Assembly (NCBI GenBank): GCA_963664485.1
Contig: OY761459.1
Location: forward strand, 581,275-645,274
Direction: 5' to 3'
Origin: Syntrophales bacterium
GTDB lineage: Bacteria > Desulfobacterota > Syntrophia > Syntrophales > UBA2210
Length of the DNA: 64,000 nucleotides
Position 1 is the stretch's first letter. The number at the start of each line of letters is the position of its first letter. The notes beneath the pieces were generated by a model. That model searched no databases and was not told where the DNA came from. It saw nothing but the letters and a program-made list of their open reading frames with translations. Positions 18,129-29,249 of this stretch are shown in pieces. A program made the translations under genes and the position numbers.

Positions 18129-18289
18129 ACTACCCCCTTTCTTCTGTTTTTATTGAATAAACAAGGATACTTCCTATATGTTCAGGAAATCCGTGTCAAT
18201 CAGATTTTTATTACGAATACACGGGAATCATACGAAAAGTCTTTAAATTGAATTTCAGGGTGGAAAATCCTGAAAATTGAAACTCCAAC

Positions 18290-18336
18290 GGGCTCGATAT
18301 CTCCAGGAGGTAAAGACATCGAGCCCGCCGTTTTTT
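18290..18336 (+). terminator. Orphan terminator-like hairpin (9-bp stem + T6) with no upstream + strand CDS
   Basis: GGGCTCGAT-19 nt-ATCGAGCCC-gccg-TTTTTT. It lies in the 560-nt gap between the divergent fabK-like and histidine kinase genes. Confidence 0.4.
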
Positions 18337-18691
18337 GTCCAGGGTTTAAACCGAAAAAGGGAATTTTTTTCCGGAGTAGTTAGCCGTTTGTATGAGCACT
18401 TTCCATGCCAATTCATGTAACCCTTCGATATATAAGGATATAAAGAAAGTGATTCCCGAAAGAGAAATATACTTTACAGATCGAAATGTCGAGACTCCAA
18501 TAATGCCCTCCCCAAAAGCAAAAGATTACAATCTGTTACCGAAAACGTCATTAACGGTAGCCATCGACAAAATTGTCGGTCCGGGGCATTTCCGGGAATG
18601 ACTATTCCTGATTTTCAAACTATTATACAGGGATAAGTTGTGATATAAACGCGACATGTGACCGAAGTGATACTTATTCGAAAGAAACCAT

Positions 18692-20494
18692 ATGAAACTT
18701 CCAAAATACGCAGAGTGGAACAGCTCATCAACAGGACATAAAAGGGCCTTTCTCAGTCCTCTGTTCGTAACGCTTATCATAGGACTTTTCCTCTCTCTCA
18801 TACTTTTTATGGGGATAATGGACCTGGGGCGTCTTGATAAAACGCTGGTGGGTTTTATGGAAAGCAGGGGACTCGACATTATAACAACCGTGGAAAACGT
18901 GGCTCAGGAGAATCTCGACTATCTTCGTCAGGCACTCAAGAAAGGCGTGAAAGATGATGACGCCATTGTCCCGCTCAGCAAAAAAGTATTTTCTCCACAG
19001 GAAGCTCTCGTGAAAAGTCTTGTCGTTCTGGCGCGTGAGATCGACGCCGAATGGCGGTCCGGGCATTTGGGTGAAAAAGATCTGGAAGCGATTGCCGACC
19101 GTGAAAGATTATGGTTTGTCGCTGTTCTCAACGGATCAGGCGATGTTGTCTTTAAAAGCGGTGAGTTTCTGAAAGAATTCCCGGCGGGAACGAATGTTGA
19201 TGTAATCTGGAACGAGGCAACGATTCTGGATATCTTTGACAAATTCGGAAAACTCAACGAGATGGGATATATTACGCTACGCCGAAAGGACGGAAGCGGC
19301 TCCGTATTGATAGCACTCAACGACGAAGGGCTCCGCAGCTGGTGGGGCCCCAGAATCGTAATAAATAAAGCTATTGAAGAGGTCGGATGGGATCAGCAGG
19401 GATTGGATCATCTTGTAGTAATAAACAGGGCCGGCAGGGTGCTGGGTCAGGCAGGCAACGTTCAGGAACAGTTTAAAAACATCGACGCGGTCACCCTTGC
19501 CGTACTGGAAGGAAAGATTAAAAAATCGAGCCGGAAGATAACATCAGGAACATCCGGGCTTCTCGAAATTACGGTTCCGGTCTATCTCGACGAAAAGATC
19601 GTGGGATTCGCTCGCCTGGGCCTTAACCGCACAAACAGTGACAAGATATTGAAAGAAAACAGGAACAGAATGATCATCTCAATGATCTTCGTTATGGCGA
19701 TAGGTCTGCTTTCGATGTTCGCCCTTTACCGCAGCCAGAAAAGGTACCTGCTGAGAGTGGAAGATATGGGAAAGCGCCTTCAAAAGGCTGAGAAGTTGTC
19801 AGCACTGGGCAAACTCGCAGCCGGAGTCGCCCATGAAATTCGCAATCCCCTTAACGCGATCAGCATGGCCAGCCAGAGAGTACGCCGCGAATATGCTCCT
19901 GATGATACGGAGAAAAACAAGGATTTTCAGTACATCACCGGAATTATCAGTGAAGAGATCAAGCGTTTGAACAGAATTGTAGAAGAATTCGTCATATTTT
20001 CCCGAAGTCGCCGCCTGGAACTGAAAAATCATTCCGTAACGTATTTATTGGAGAGAATTGTCGGACTTATAAGAGAAGAGGCCAGTCTGAGAAAAATCGA
20101 CATAAAAACCGAATGGAAAGATGGTAACTCTTTCATAATACCCATGGATATGGATAAGCTCAGACAGGCATTCTATAATATTTTCAAGAACGCGATGGAG
20201 GCGATCCCCGGCAAGGGTACCATAACCATCTCTGTTGAGCCGAATGGGAAAGATATGGTAGGCATAAAGATATCGGACACCGGCTGCGGGCTGACGCCAG
20301 GGGAAATAGATCACATATTCGATCCGGAATATACAACCAAGGAGAAGGGGCTGGGGCTGGGGCTTTCCCTGGCACACGAGATAATACGGGGGCACGGCGG
20401 AGAAATCCACGTTGAGAGTGCAGTGGGTGCTCATACAACCTTTACGGTCCTGCTCCCGGTTAAAAAGAGCGAGAAGGAAATGGTGGATGGATAA
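18692..20494 (+). CDS. Membrane sensor histidine kinase (NtrB/AtoS-like)
   Basis: 600 aa with two TM segments flanking a ~280-aa periplasmic region. H-box is AAGVAHEIRNPLNAI. N box is FKNAMEA. G boxes are DTGCGL and GLGLGLSLA. The stop overlaps the start of the response regulator gene by 8 nt. Confidence 0.9.
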   Translation: MKLPKYAEWNSSSTGHKRAFLSPLFVTLIIGLFLSLILFMGIMDLGRLDKTLVGFMESRGLDIITTVENVAQENLDYLRQALKKGVKDDDAIVPLSKKVFSPQEALVKSLVVLAREIDAEWRSGHLGEKDLEAIADRERLWFVAVLNGSGDVVFKSGEFLKEFPAGTNVDVIWNEATILDIFDKFGKLNEMGYITLRRKDGSGSVLIALNDEGLRSWWGPRIVINKAIEEVGWDQQGLDHLVVINRAGRVLGQAGNVQEQFKNIDAVTLAVLEGKIKKSSRKITSGTSGLLEITVPVYLDEKIVGFARLGLNRTNSDKILKENRNRMIISMIFVMAIGLLSMFALYRSQKRYLLRVEDMGKRLQKAEKLSALGKLAAGVAHEIRNPLNAISMASQRVRREYAPDDTEKNKDFQYITGIISEEIKRLNRIVEEFVIFSRSRRLELKNHSVTYLLERIVGLIREEASLRKIDIKTEWKDGNSFIIPMDMDKLRQAFYNIFKNAMEAIPGKGTITISVEPNGKDMVGIKISDTGCGLTPGEIDHIFDPEYTTKEKGLGLGLSLAHEIIRGHGGEIHVESAVGAHTTFTVLLPVKKSEKEMVDG

Positions 20495-21845
20495 ATTGAA
20501 TATATTGATCGTTGAAGATGGGCGCTCTCAAAGGGAAATGCTTAAAGATTTTCTCGCCCGGGAAGGACACCGTGTGACCGAAGCGGAAGAAGGGAACACG
20601 GCTATCCGGCAGGTGCAGAGTTCTTACTTCGACCTGCTTCTCCTCGACTTCAAGATGCCTGGGATGAACGGGATAGAAGTGCTCGAGAAGATAAAAAAGA
20701 TCAATCCCAAGATCAATGTCATCATGATGACAGCTCACGGAACAATAGAGACGGCGGTAGATGCGATGAAGCTTGGCGCCGTGGATTACATTACCAAGCC
20801 CATCGACCTGGATCAGCTGCTTACCCTCGTTAACAGAATTTCAGAACGGCAAACGCTTATCAGAGAAAATGAAATACTCCGCCAGAAAGTATGGAAAAAA
20901 GGACTGGCTCAGGAACAGATTATTTACAAAGATCCCGGTATGGAAACTATCGTCAACATGGTCGGGAGAGTCGCTTCGAGTCGTGCCACCGTATTAATCA
21001 TGGGAGAAAGCGGAACGGGCAAAGAACTGTTTGCGAATCTGGTTCACGCGACGAGCCCCCGTTCAGGTAAACCCATGATAGTGGTGAATTGCAGTGCCTT
21101 GCCCGAAACCCTGCTGGAAAGTGAACTGTTCGGACATGAGAAGGGTGCTTTTACGGGAGCAACAGCGCGAAGAATCGGCCGCTTTGAAGAAGCGGACGGA
21201 GGGACTCTTTTTCTCGATGAGATTGGAGAACTATCACCCCCCGTTCAGGTGAAACTGCTGAGATTTCTTCAGGAGCGCGAATTTCAGCGGCTGGGGGGAA
21301 ATCAGACCATACGGTCGGATGTCAGGATTATCAGCGCGACAAACAGGGATCTCGAAGAAAAGGTAAGAGAGGGAGTGTTCAGAGAAGACCTTTACTACAG
21401 GTTAAACGTGGTTTCCATAACAATCCCCCCGCTCAGGGACAGGCGGGGTGATATCCCGGTATTGACAGAATATTTCCTCAAGCGATTTGCCTCGGAAAAT
21501 AATAAGGATATAGAAGGATTAAGTAATGAAGCCATGGATATTCTCATGAAATACGATTATCCCGGCAACGTTCGGGAACTTGAGAATATTATCGAGAGAG
21601 CGGTTGTCATAACTAGAGACAGGGTCATATCCATACGGGATTTGCCTTTTGAGGACATTTCCTCCAACCACTTTGCCGATTACCATGAGGGAGGGGCTCT
21701 CAAGGATGAGATCGAATCCCTGGAACGCAGGAGGATAGAACAGTCATTGGAAGAGACCGGGAATAATCAGACAAAGGCCGCCGAGCTGCTTGGAATCACT
21801 GAAAGGACTCTCAGGTACAAGCTCAAGAAGTACAATCTCAAATAG
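20487..21845 (+). CDS. Sigma-54-dependent response regulator (NtrC/AtoC family)
   Basis: Start chosen at the ATG at 20487 ([12 protein letters not shown]). The receiver is canonical: ED pair, [14 protein letters not shown] and YITKP. Also [14 protein letters not shown] and a C-terminal HTH ([23 protein letters not shown]). Confidence 0.9.
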   Translation: MDKLNILIVEDGRSQREMLKDFLAREGHRVTEAEEGNTAIRQVQSSYFDLLLLDFKMPGMNGIEVLEKIKKINPKINVIMMTAHGTIETAVDAMKLGAVDYITKPIDLDQLLTLVNRISERQTLIRENEILRQKVWKKGLAQEQIIYKDPGMETIVNMVGRVASSRATVLIMGESGTGKELFANLVHATSPRSGKPMIVVNCSALPETLLESELFGHEKGAFTGATARRIGRFEEADGGTLFLDEIGELSPPVQVKLLRFLQEREFQRLGGNQTIRSDVRIISATNRDLEEKVREGVFREDLYYRLNVVSITIPPLRDRRGDIPVLTEYFLKRFASENNKDIEGLSNEAMDILMKYDYPGNVRELENIIERAVVITRDRVISIRDLPFEDISSNHFADYHEGGALKDEIESLERRRIEQSLEETGNNQTKAAELLGITERTLRYKLKKYNLK

Positions 21846-21868
21846 ATAACACATACGGAGGACAATGG

Positions 21869-22645
21869 ATGGTCAATGGTAATCACAAAGCGGAAATCGC
21901 GGCGGCGGAGATGATTCTGCGTTCCCGGAAACTTGTCGTATTCACAGGCGCCGGTATCAGCACCGAGTCCGGCATTCCGGATTTCCGGGGAAGGAACGGC
22001 ATCTGGACAAAATTCGACCCCGAAGATTTCACTATACAGAAATTCCTGGAAAGCGAAGAAGCTCGAAGAAAACAATGGAAGTTATTGCTGGATGGGGGTC
22101 TCCTCTCAAACATAAAGCCTAACAAGGCACATCTCGCCATCGCCGAATTGGAGGACATGGGAAAGCTCGACTGTATCATCACGCAGAATATCGACAATCT
22201 TCACCAGAAAGCCGGAAATTCCGCGGACAGGATTTTCGAACTTCACGGTAATATGCAGTGGGCCAGATGTCTCGATTGCGGTCGGCGATATCCGATGGAA
22301 TATATCAGGGAAAAGCTGCGGAACGGCGTCGATATACCCGAATGCGAAACATGCCATGGCATTCTTAAACCCGATGTCGTGTTCTTCGGAGAAATGCTTC
22401 CTTCCGAAGTGCTGGATGCAGCGACGGAACATGCGATGCATTGCGACCTGTTCATGGTTGTCGGGTCTTCTCTGGTCGTCTATCCCGCAGCTCGCATGCC
22501 CGAATACGCCAGGGAAACGGGCGCACGACTTATTATAATCAATATCGGCGAAACGCCGTACGATTCGCGTGCCGACATATGCATCGAAGGAAAGGCGGGG
22601 GACATACTGTCGGGCATAATGGAGAAAGTCAGGGAAAAATTGTAG
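21869..22645 (+). CDS. cobB: NAD-dependent protein deacylase, Sir2 family
   Basis: 258 aa with GAGISTESGIPDFRG and TQNIDNLH. The Zn ribbon is CLDCG...CETC. Also GSSLVVYPA. GGAGGA lies 6 nt upstream of the ATG. Confidence 0.9.
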   Translation: MVNGNHKAEIAAAEMILRSRKLVVFTGAGISTESGIPDFRGRNGIWTKFDPEDFTIQKFLESEEARRKQWKLLLDGGLLSNIKPNKAHLAIAELEDMGKLDCIITQNIDNLHQKAGNSADRIFELHGNMQWARCLDCGRRYPMEYIREKLRNGVDIPECETCHGILKPDVVFFGEMLPSEVLDAATEHAMHCDLFMVVGSSLVVYPAARMPEYARETGARLIIINIGETPYDSRADICIEGKAGDILSGIMEKVREKL

Positions 22646-22658
22646 TCTGGAATAACAC

Positions 22659-23441
22659 ATGTGCCTGATAATTTTCTCATACAGGTCTCATCCCGTATAT
22701 CCGCTGATCCTCGCGGCAAACCGTGACGAATTTTACGAAAGGCCGACCGCACAAGCCGCTTTCTGGAAAGACTACCCCTATATACTGGCAGGGAAAGACC
22801 TGAAGGCGGGCGGAACATGGCTCGGGATAACGAAATCCGGACGTGTGGCAGCCATAACAAACTTTCGATCCCCCTTAAGCATGAAGGACAGCGCGCCGTC
22901 CCGGGGAGAACTGGTAAACGGGTTTCTCCGCGGCATTGAAGATCCGTACGAATACATTCATGACGTGCGGCATGGCTCGCGCATGTATAACGGGTTCAGC
23001 ATAATCCTGGGCGACAGGAGCGGCCTTTTTTATTTCTCAAACGCCGGCGGCGACCCGTTCCGCAAAATATCCCCCGGAACATACGGGCTCAGCAATCACT
23101 TTATGGGAACTCCCTGGCCGAAGGTGGAACGCGGCAGGAGACTGTTGGATAAAATCGTATCGGGAACCGGAGGACTTCAACAGGACAAAATATTTCACAT
23201 ACTCGCCGACACATTAACACCCGACGACAAATCCCTCCCCGACACGGGGGTAGGACTCGAATGGGAAAGAATTCTTTCTCCGATTTTCATACAGAGCGAA
23301 ATATACGGCACACGTTCCTCAACCGTAATCCTTGTCGACAGGGTAAATAACGTCACATTCACCGAAAGGACTTTCATCCCGGGATCCGGCGGATATAAGA
23401 CAGTGGATTTCAGTTTCAGAATGAACCCGGGATTGTTCTAG
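22659..23441 (+). CDS. NRDE family protein (TANGO2/DUF833-like)
   Basis: 260 aa. The N-terminus MCLIIFSY...LILAANRDEFYERPT carries the family-defining NRDE motif, followed by GGTWLG. Confidence 0.8.
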   Translation: MCLIIFSYRSHPVYPLILAANRDEFYERPTAQAAFWKDYPYILAGKDLKAGGTWLGITKSGRVAAITNFRSPLSMKDSAPSRGELVNGFLRGIEDPYEYIHDVRHGSRMYNGFSIILGDRSGLFYFSNAGGDPFRKISPGTYGLSNHFMGTPWPKVERGRRLLDKIVSGTGGLQQDKIFHILADTLTPDDKSLPDTGVGLEWERILSPIFIQSEIYGTRSSTVILVDRVNNVTFTERTFIPGSGGYKTVDFSFRMNPGLF

Positions 23442-23473
23442 ACATATCAACACATCGCGGGAGTCATGAGAAA

Positions 23474-24700
23474 TCACTGCTTACACGAAGGCACGATATC
23501 AAGGGATTCTCTCATAATCTCGTCGACTACGGTTTGAAGCCACGCGGTACCGGCGGATACGGTATTATCGTCCAGCGAACGAATGGTTTCCACGTAATCT
23601 TTCCCGGTTTTTCTTACCGCATCAAGAGCGCCGATGAACAGATTTCTCTTCTCCACTGCGATGGCCTCTTCCGACCCTTTCGTGAAACACGCTTCAAGCC
23701 GCTGCCGGTTATCATATACTTCCGCACCCTTCAAGATGCCGTCCTCTGCAACATCCCTTATTTTCTCGGAAAACGTTCTGAAACGGTTCACTCTCTCTCC
23801 AATGGCCATATCCAGTTTTTTTATCGCTCCTTCGTATAATTCCCGGCCGAATTCATGGGTAAAAAAGAAAGAAGAGCGCACATGCATATACCATTGCCGC
23901 AAGGCGAGAAGGTTTGCGATATACCACATGTTATTACGGACCTTCCTTGCCAGGCCGGGATAAAGTCCCCGGTTGAAATCCCGTTCGGCGGCAAATCCTC
24001 CTTCTTCCGTCAGAAGCTTTTCTTTTTCGAGACAATCTTTTTTATAGATAGTGCCCGCTGCTATCACGGTACCATGTGCGATCCTCACAGGCCCGATCAG
24101 TCCTCCCTGACCGCCGAGAAATATGGGAGGCTGATTCAGCATCACACCCGCGGGCACATCCCCTATCAACGATGCGGTTGCCTTGTCCTGATGAGGCGTA
24201 TAGTTGAAATGAACGTAAGAACTTCCCACTTCACTGTGATTTTCGGTGTCCGTGCCGCCGGACATGAGACAATCACAGAAATTTATAAGACTGCCCAGGG
24301 TTACGAAGGGAAAAAGAATGGTCTGCTTCAGACCGACCGCGTGCGCCGCCCTCACTTTTTCTTCGAGGATGCATCCTTCTCTCACATGCGCTCCGTACGC
24401 CACTTCCACGCCATCAAGAAAAACCGATCCTTTGAAGAACCCGCCGTGCAACTCCACTCCCCTTCCCAGCTGACAGTCGACCAGCGTAACCGGCGCTTCA
24501 TAACCCAGCCTGGCGCCGGCACAGACGAGTGTATCGGATCCGTAAAGCTTTGTTCCGCTGTGCAGGACAACGCCGCTGCCGGATATTCTTCCCGTATCGA
24601 CATCCTCTCCGATTTCGACACAGCAGGGATTGGGAATCCCGACCCCCTTCTCCATCAGTTCAATAACTTTATCCGGTACCATAAATCCCTCGTTCATCAT
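23474..24700 (-). CDS. Left-handed beta-helix (hexapeptide-repeat) protein with a C-terminal helical domain; GlmU C-domain-like, function unknown
   Basis: 408 aa. Repeated [LIV]-G-x-x-x-x hexapeptide-like turns occupy the first ~230 aa. The start overlaps the mnmG stop by 4 nt. Confidence 0.55.
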   Translation of the reverse strand: MMNEGFMVPDKVIELMEKGVGIPNPCCVEIGEDVDTGRISGSGVVLHSGTKLYGSDTLVCAGARLGYEAPVTLVDCQLGRGVELHGGFFKGSVFLDGVEVAYGAHVREGCILEEKVRAAHAVGLKQTILFPFVTLGSLINFCDCLMSGGTDTENHSEVGSSYVHFNYTPHQDKATASLIGDVPAGVMLNQPPIFLGGQGGLIGPVRIAHGTVIAAGTIYKKDCLEKEKLLTEEGGFAAERDFNRGLYPGLARKVRNNMWYIANLLALRQWYMHVRSSFFFTHEFGRELYEGAIKKLDMAIGERVNRFRTFSEKIRDVAEDGILKGAEVYDNRQRLEACFTKGSEEAIAVEKRNLFIGALDAVRKTGKDYVETIRSLDDNTVSAGTAWLQTVVDEIMRESLDIVPSCKQ

Positions 24701-26604
24701 CGATCGCTATTATGTACCCCAATCTTTTTTTCACTGCCTTTTTCAAATTTCTTCATCGATACAAGTACGGCGGTAAGCGCCGCCTGCGTCATGCCCGGTA
24801 TCCGCTGAGCCTGGCCTATGGAAACGGGCTTTATCGATGAGAGTTTTTTCCTCAATTCGTTTGAGAGACCGGAAACAGTCGAATAGTCGAACTCATCGGG
24901 TATTTTTTTACTTTCCAGTCCCTTGAATCTTTCTACGGATTCGCGTTGTCTTTTGATGTATCCCTCATATTTTATCTCTATCTCTACCTGCCTTTTTACT
25001 TCCCTGTCGGGAATCTCCTCCCATCCGTCCAGTACACGCAGGTCATCATATGTAAGTTCGGGTCTTTTCAGCAGATTATGAAATGTAACGGGGTTTTTGA
25101 CCGGAGCCGTATGCAGTTCACTCAGAGTCTGATTTATCGTCGGAGAAGGATATATCCTCCTGTTCGAAAGATCCTTGATGCGCATATCGATTTCTCTGAC
25201 CCTCTCTTTCAGATCGTTATAATGATCACGGGAGATCAGACCCAGGTCGTACCCCTTCCCCATAAGACGAATGGTCGCGTTATCCTCCCGCAGGATCAGC
25301 CGGTATTCCGCCCTGGAGGTAAACATCCGGTACGGTTCATCGACGCCCAGAGTAATCAGGTCGTCAACTAGCACTCCCATATAGCCGTCACACCTGTCGA
25401 GCACGAACGGAGGCCTTTTCTGCACCGCTGAAGCGGCGTTGATGCCGGCCCACATACCCTGGGCGGCGGCCTCCTCATAGCCCGATGTCCCGTTTATCTG
25501 TCCGGCGAGATACAACCCCCTTACAAGTTTTGTCTCAAGGGTCTGTAAAAGCTGGGTAGGCTGCACGAAATCGTATTCTATGGCATAGGCACTGCGCATT
25601 ATCTCCGCGCGTTCGAGTCCCGGAACGGAATGAACCAGCCGTTCCTGAAGTTCGAGTGGAAGGCTGTTGCCCAGACCTTTGGCATATATCTCTTCGGTCT
25701 TGAGACCCTCGAACTCCAGTACTACGGGATGACTCTTCTTATCGGCAAATCGCATCACCTTGTCTTCCAGCGAAGGACAGTAGCGTGCACTGATTCCAGT
25801 TATGGCACCGGAATAAAGCGGCGACTTTTTTATGTTGTCGTTTATAATCCTGTGCGTTTCACCGGTGGTGCCGGAAAAATAGGAGGGGAGTCTATCCTCC
25901 CGCAATTTGTCCGTTGTAAAGGAAAAAGGATGCGGGTAGGGATCGCTGTCCTGTCTTTCAAGAACCGAGAAGTCGATGGAAGAAGCCCTCAATCGCGGTG
26001 GAGTCCCCGTCTTCATGCGCCCCATTTCGAAGCCGAGCTGTCTGAGAGAACCGGCCAGGCCTATGGATGCTATCTCTCCGGCCCTTCCCGCGGACTGGCG
26101 GGATGAACCCACATGAATAAGACCATTGAGAAATGTGCCGATGGTTACCACCACCGTCTCACCGCCATAGAAAAAACCTGTGTTATCAAGCACTCCTGTC
26201 GTTCTTCCCCCTTCGACAACGATTTCGTCCACGAGCGCCTGCCTGACATGAAGGTTCTGCTCCTTTTCGACTACCTCCTTCATGGCAAGCCGGTAGAGCT
26301 GTTTGTCGCACTGCACACGGGAAGACTGAACAGCGGGCCCCTTGGAACTGTTCAACAGTCTGAAATGGCAGGCCGTTTTGTCGGCTGTTTTCCCCATTTC
26401 ACCCCCAAGGGCATCGACCTCTTTTACGAGCTGGCCCTTGGCGAGTCCTCCTATGGCAGGGTTACAGGACATCAGTGCGATCGAATCGAGGCTGATGTTA
26501 AAAAGCAACGTCCGGCAACCCATTCTAGCGGCGGCAAGCGCCGCTTCACAACCCGCATGTCCGGCACCGACAACGATAACATCGAATTTTTCCGGGAAGG
26601 CCAT
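24697..26604 (-). CDS. mnmG: tRNA uridine 5-carboxymethylaminomethyl modification enzyme MnmG (GidA)
   Basis: 635 aa with FDVIVVGAGHAGCEAALAAARMG, GGLAKGQLVKEVDALGG, LAGQINGTSGYEEAAAQG and a C-terminal GidA-associated domain. Confidence 0.95.
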   Translation of the reverse strand: MAFPEKFDVIVVGAGHAGCEAALAAARMGCRTLLFNISLDSIALMSCNPAIGGLAKGQLVKEVDALGGEMGKTADKTACHFRLLNSSKGPAVQSSRVQCDKQLYRLAMKEVVEKEQNLHVRQALVDEIVVEGGRTTGVLDNTGFFYGGETVVVTIGTFLNGLIHVGSSRQSAGRAGEIASIGLAGSLRQLGFEMGRMKTGTPPRLRASSIDFSVLERQDSDPYPHPFSFTTDKLREDRLPSYFSGTTGETHRIINDNIKKSPLYSGAITGISARYCPSLEDKVMRFADKKSHPVVLEFEGLKTEEIYAKGLGNSLPLELQERLVHSVPGLERAEIMRSAYAIEYDFVQPTQLLQTLETKLVRGLYLAGQINGTSGYEEAAAQGMWAGINAASAVQKRPPFVLDRCDGYMGVLVDDLITLGVDEPYRMFTSRAEYRLILREDNATIRLMGKGYDLGLISRDHYNDLKERVREIDMRIKDLSNRRIYPSPTINQTLSELHTAPVKNPVTFHNLLKRPELTYDDLRVLDGWEEIPDREVKRQVEIEIKYEGYIKRQRESVERFKGLESKKIPDEFDYSTVSGLSNELRKKLSSIKPVSIGQAQRIPGMTQAALTAVLVSMKKFEKGSEKKIGVHNSDR

Positions 26605-26679
26605 TCTCTCACCTGGATATAATAGCTTGAATTAACAAGAACACTCTAATATCATTAATTGTTAAAAGACAATAAAAAA

Positions 26680-27657
26680 ATGAGAGATACAATATCGAGA
26701 GAGCGAATGATGCCCAAACCGGATTTCTGGAACAATGCAAAACGGTACTATGATCTGAAAAGTTTTTTTATTAACACATTCGGCTGCAAGGTTTACAAAC
26801 TGCCGATAGACGCCGGGTTTACCTGTCCGAACCGCGACGGAACGGTAGCTGAAGGCGGTTGTATTTACTGCGACGGTCGTTTTTCAAAACTACGGCAAAG
26901 AGGTCCTCTTCCATCCGTAACCGAACAGATAGAAACGGGGAAAGCATTCTACAGAGAAAAACGGGGAGCGGGCAAGTTCATCGCCTACTTTCAAACCGGC
27001 ACGAATACATACGCTCCCCGCGACAGGCTCAAGATTCTTTACGATGAAGCACTGTCTGCGGATAATGTGGCCGGCATATCCGTGGGCACCAGGCCGGATT
27101 GCGTGCCGGATGACATAATCTACCTGTTCGAGGAGTACGCGAAAAACTATCACGTATGGCTGGAATACGGGCTTCAGTCTATTCATGACAGTACGTTGAA
27201 GTTGATAAACCGGGGGCATAACGCGAAAACTTTTCTGGACGCCGTGGAACGAACCGCAAACAGAGGCATCAACATCTGCGTTCATATCATTATCGGACTG
27301 CCCGGAGAAACGAAACAGGATATCATGCAGACGGCACATACCGTCGCATCTCTTCCGATCCAGGGCATAAAGATACACCTGCTGCTGGCACTCCGGGGAA
27401 CCCCTCTCGGCACCCTTTACGAAAAGGGCGCCATCGGTATGATAACAAAGGATGAATACGTCTCGACTGTCTGCGATATCCTAGAGATCCTGCCTCCGGA
27501 AATGGTCATACAGCGGCTGACAGCCGATGGATACCAGGATATCTACCTGGCCCCAGACTGGGGCACCAACAAAATGTCGGTCCTGAACGCTATCGACAGA
27601 GAACTGGAACAGAGAAATTCATGGCAGGGCAACAAACTGGTTATAGATAATCACTAA
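26680..27657 (+). CDS. TIGR01212-family radical SAM protein
   Basis: The Cys motif is CPNRDGTVAEGGCIYC, and ISVGTRPDC is also present. Overall length and order match the YhcC/TIGR01212 family. The start is uncertain: TTG 26659, ATG 26680 or ATG 26707. Confidence 0.8.
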   Translation: MRDTISRERMMPKPDFWNNAKRYYDLKSFFINTFGCKVYKLPIDAGFTCPNRDGTVAEGGCIYCDGRFSKLRQRGPLPSVTEQIETGKAFYREKRGAGKFIAYFQTGTNTYAPRDRLKILYDEALSADNVAGISVGTRPDCVPDDIIYLFEEYAKNYHVWLEYGLQSIHDSTLKLINRGHNAKTFLDAVERTANRGINICVHIIIGLPGETKQDIMQTAHTVASLPIQGIKIHLLLALRGTPLGTLYEKGAIGMITKDEYVSTVCDILEILPPEMVIQRLTADGYQDIYLAPDWGTNKMSVLNAIDRELEQRNSWQGNKLVIDNH

Positions 27658-27736
27658 AATCATACAAATAATAGATGCCGAAGCAGGTTGTGGAATTGAT
27701 TCCCGACCCCTGTGAGTCGATGCCCTCTGCTCCGCC

Positions 27737-28957
27737 CTAATCTATTCCATAATCCTTCCCATACGTCTCAACCACATAATCTATATCCTTGTCTCCCCTG
27801 CCTGAAAGATTTACCAGTATTGTTTTGTCGCTGTCGAGCGTTTTTGCCAGTTTCGTAGCGTAGGCGACAGCGTGGGCACTTTCCAGTGCGGGAATTATTC
27901 CTTCAACCCTTGAGAGTTCGAAAAACGCGTCGAGTGCTTCCCGATCGTTTGCTATGACATAGGTAACTCGCTCAATATCCTTGAGAAGACTGTGCTGGGG
28001 ACCAACGCTCGGATAGTCAAGACCACTGGCAACGGAGTATACCGGGAGGGGCTCTCCCGCATTGTCTTGAAGCAGGTAAGAATTGAACCCATGGAGTACG
28101 CCGGGTTTGCCTAGGGTCAGGGTTGCTGCATGTTCACCATCTTTAAGGCTGAGGCCCGAAGGTTCCACTCCGTATATGGCAACATCTTCGTCATCCAGAA
28201 ATGCAGTAAAGAGACCTATCGCGTTGGACCCGCCTCCGACACATGCCACAAGATTGTCAGGCAGTCCACCTGTCATCTCTTCAAATTGTTTCCTTGCCTC
28301 TATACCGACCACTGCCTGAAAATCCCTGACCATCATTGGAAAGGGATGGGGACCCACAACGGAACCGATTGCGTAAAGCTGGGTTATGGGATCTTCAAGG
28401 TACGCTTCAAATGCCGCGTCAACCGCGTCCTTTAGTGTTTTTGTACCGCGTGACACCGGGATAACGTCCGCGCCGACAATTTTCATCCGGATGACGTTGG
28501 GATACTGTTTGGCTATATCAACCTCACCCATGTAAATATCGCACTCAAGCCCCACAAAGGCAGCGGCAGTCGCAAGCGCGACCCCATGCTGGCCCGCCCC
28601 CGTCTCCGCGATAATCTTTTTTTTGCCCATCTTTTTCGCGAGCAGAGCCTCTCCGAGGCAATGATTTATCTTATGCGCTCCGGTATGATTCAAGTCTTCT
28701 CGCTTAAAATATATTCGCGCTCCGCCATACTTTTCCGAAAGACTCTTCGCGTAGAAGATGGGGCTGGGTCTCCCTACATAGTTTTTATACAATGCTGACA
28801 GTTCTTCCTTAAAATACGCATCGTCTTTTATTTGTCCGTATGCTGCCGTGATTTCATCCAGTACTTTCTGTATCTGCGGCGGGACAAAACTCCCACCATA
28901 TGAGCCGAAGTATCCCGCCTTATCGGGCATTTCCACTAATCCTGAACTCGTGTTCAT
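27737..28957 (-). CDS. trpB: Tryptophan synthase beta subunit
   Basis: [19 protein letters not shown] (PLP-Lys), GAGQHG and GGGSNAIG. The start is set at the ATG at 28957 (MNTSSG...), with GAGAGGAA ~10 nt upstream. It lies 1 nt after the stop of the upstream regulator gene. No trpA is adjacent. Confidence 0.9.
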   Translation of the reverse strand: MNTSSGLVEMPDKAGYFGSYGGSFVPPQIQKVLDEITAAYGQIKDDAYFKEELSALYKNYVGRPSPIFYAKSLSEKYGGARIYFKREDLNHTGAHKINHCLGEALLAKKMGKKKIIAETGAGQHGVALATAAAFVGLECDIYMGEVDIAKQYPNVIRMKIVGADVIPVSRGTKTLKDAVDAAFEAYLEDPITQLYAIGSVVGPHPFPMMVRDFQAVVGIEARKQFEEMTGGLPDNLVACVGGGSNAIGLFTAFLDDEDVAIYGVEPSGLSLKDGEHAATLTLGKPGVLHGFNSYLLQDNAGEPLPVYSVASGLDYPSVGPQHSLLKDIERVTYVIANDREALDAFFELSRVEGIIPALESAHAVAYATKLAKTLDSDKTILVNLSGRGDKDIDYVVETYGKDYGID

Positions 28958-28958
28958 T

Positions 28959-29237
28959 CTATTTGGTTCCTCTCTGGTACTTATCAAGTATTTTTTTTGT
29001 GATCGAATTATCTTTCTTCAATATCTTCGACCCCCTGGTGATTTTGCAAAGGCTTATCCCATACTTTGCCGCTATGCTCCGTTGAGTGTAACCGGCATTA
29101 AGCTCTTGCAAAAGCTTCCAGCGAAGGGAAAAATCTTCAATTTCCTTAGGAGTGAGAATCTCTTCGATAAATGCCTTCATTTCCTCGAAATCAGATATCC
29201 CGGCAAAGATCTCTATAAGCTCGTTTCCAGAAGCCAT
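28959..29237 (-). CDS. TrpR-like DNA-binding protein (YerC/YecD family)
   Basis: 92 aa from the ATG at 29237, with GGAGGGG just upstream. The sequence is ...[49 protein letters not shown].... Confidence 0.75.
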   Translation of the reverse strand: MASGNELIEIFAGISDFEEMKAFIEEILTPKEIEDFSLRWKLLQELNAGYTQRSIAAKYGISLCKITRGSKILKKDNSITKKILDKYQRGTK

Positions 29238-29249
29238 TTTCCCCTCCAC

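Noticed and set aside
17025-18251. A 408-aa + strand ORF covering the whole fabK-like gene. Similar long antisense ORFs occur at 42915-44081 and 57038-58204 (opposite msbA), 23855-24808, 22106-22660, 26113-26622 and 8774-9403.
   Set aside because: The translations are R/G/P/S-rich with low complexity and carry no motifs or RBS. In each case the opposite strand encodes a clearly recognisable protein. These are shadow ORFs typical of codon-biased coding regions.
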